Assembly (NCBI GenBank): GCA_964016885.1
Contig: CAXHJY010000861.1
Location: forward strand, 124,001 to 188,000
DNA length: 64,000 nt
DNA from: Eledone cirrhosa
Taxonomy: Eukaryota
Direction of reading: 5' to 3'
Of the stretch, positions 62,901 to 64,000 are shown piece after piece. A program made the position numbers and the translations under genes. The notes below the pieces were generated by a model. The model had not been told where the DNA came from. It saw only the letters and a list, made by a program, of their open reading frames with translations, and searched no databases. Numbering within the stretch: the first letter of the stretch is position 1; every line of letters starts with the position of its first letter.

Positions 62901-64000
62901 GTAAGGCCTTCCTTGTCACCATTGTCCAGAGAGTGAGATTAGTCCAGTGTAGGGACTTCTTTGTCACCATTGTCCAGAGAGTGAGACTGGTCCAGTGTAA
63001 GGCCTTCCTTGTCACCATTGTCCAGAGAGTGAGTCTGGTCCAGTGTAAGGCCTTCCTTGTCACCATTGTCCAGAGAGTGACACTGGTCCAGTGTAAGGCC
63101 TTCCTTGTCACCATTGTCCAGAGAGTGACACTGGTCCAGTGTAAGGCCTTCCTTGTCACCATTGTCCAGAGAGTGACACTGGTCCAGTGTAAGGCCTGCC
63201 TTGTCACCATTGTCCAGAGAGTGAGACTGGTCCAGTGTAAGGCCTTACTTGTCACCATTGTCCAGAGAGTGAGATTAGTCCAGTGTAGGGACTTCCTTGT
63301 CACCATTGTCCAGAGAGTGAGACTGGTCCAGTGTAAGGCCTTCCTTGACACCATTGTCCAGAGAGTGAGTCTGGTCCAGTGTAAGGCCTTCCTTGTCACC
63401 ATTGTCCAGAGAGTGAGATTAGTCCAGTGTAGGGCCTTCCTTGTCACCATTGTCCAGAGAGTGAGACTGGTCCAGTGTAAGGCCTTCCTTGTCACCATTG
63501 TCCAGAGAGTGAGATTAGTCCAGTGTAGGGCCTTCCTTGTCACCATTGTCCAGAGAGTGAGACTGGTCCAGTGTAAGGCCTTCCTTGTCACCATTGTCCA
63601 GAGAGTGAGATTAGTCCAGTGTAGGGCCTTCCTTGTCACCATTGTCCAGAGAGTGAGTCTGGTCCAGTGTAAGGCCTTCCTTGACACCATTGTCCAGAGA
63701 GTGAGTCTGGTCCAGTGTAAGGCCTTCCTTGTCACCATTGTCCAGAGAGTGAGATTAGTCCAGTGTAGGGCCTTCCTTGTCACCATTGTCCAGAGAGTGA
63801 GACTGGTCCAGTGTAAGGCCTTCCTTGTCACCATTGTCCAGAGAGTGACACTGGTCCATTGTAAGGCCTTCCTTGTCACCATTGTCCAGAGAGTGAGATT
63901 AGTCCAGTGTAGGGCCTTCCTTGTCACCATTGTCCAGAGAGTGACACTGGTCCAGTGTAAGGCCTTCCTTGTCACCATTGTCCAGAGAGTGAGATTAGTC
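29927..64000. repeat. Tandem array 2: 48-bp unit, at least 34 kb, roughly 710 copies, running off the window (presumed intronic)
   Basis: Consensus GTCACCATTGTCCAGAGAGTGAGATTGGTCCAGTGTAAGGCCTTCCTT. It lies upstream, in gene orientation, of an MLYCD exon that begins with a splice acceptor in mid-protein. Confidence 0.98.

Noticed and set aside
29928-63978. Giant ORFs on both strands (up to 2422 aa)
   Set aside because: These follow automatically from a 48-bp unit (a multiple of 3) with stop-free frames. They are open on both strands at once, and stop-bearing variants such as TGTTAGG and 46/47-bp units were amplified freely.
2591-64000. CRISPR array or other repeat-spacer system
   Set aside because: Units are head to tail with no unique spacers, there are no cas-like genes, and the context is a spliced eukaryotic gene.

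Overview
Animal genomic DNA; the SINE families look octopod, which is an inference from remembered sequences. The window holds six internal exons of a minus-strand malonyl-CoA decarboxylase gene (MLYCD): 29389-29252, 28258-28106, 25870-25706, 2319-2190, 1473-1315 and 1100-867. All have GT-AG junctions and matching phases. I found neither the N-terminal exons nor the last (ANFHL...) exon in the window. About 89% of the window is two different 48-bp tandem arrays lying in MLYCD introns: array 1 (2591-25462, roughly 485 units) and array 2 (29927 to the window end, roughly 710 units, presumed intronic). Nearly all long ORFs in the track are translations of these arrays, not genes. The unique parts contain tRNA-type SINEs, a TTAA-flanked MITE, a CR1-like LINE 3' end and four small minisatellites. 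The most notable observations are: (1) a minisatellite built from an exon end plus its splice donor; (2) array 1 apparently grown from a SINE-like element; (3) kb-scale higher-order duplications in both arrays; (4) a SINE tail forming an exon's acceptor tract. I found no CRISPR array or novel protein-coding system.
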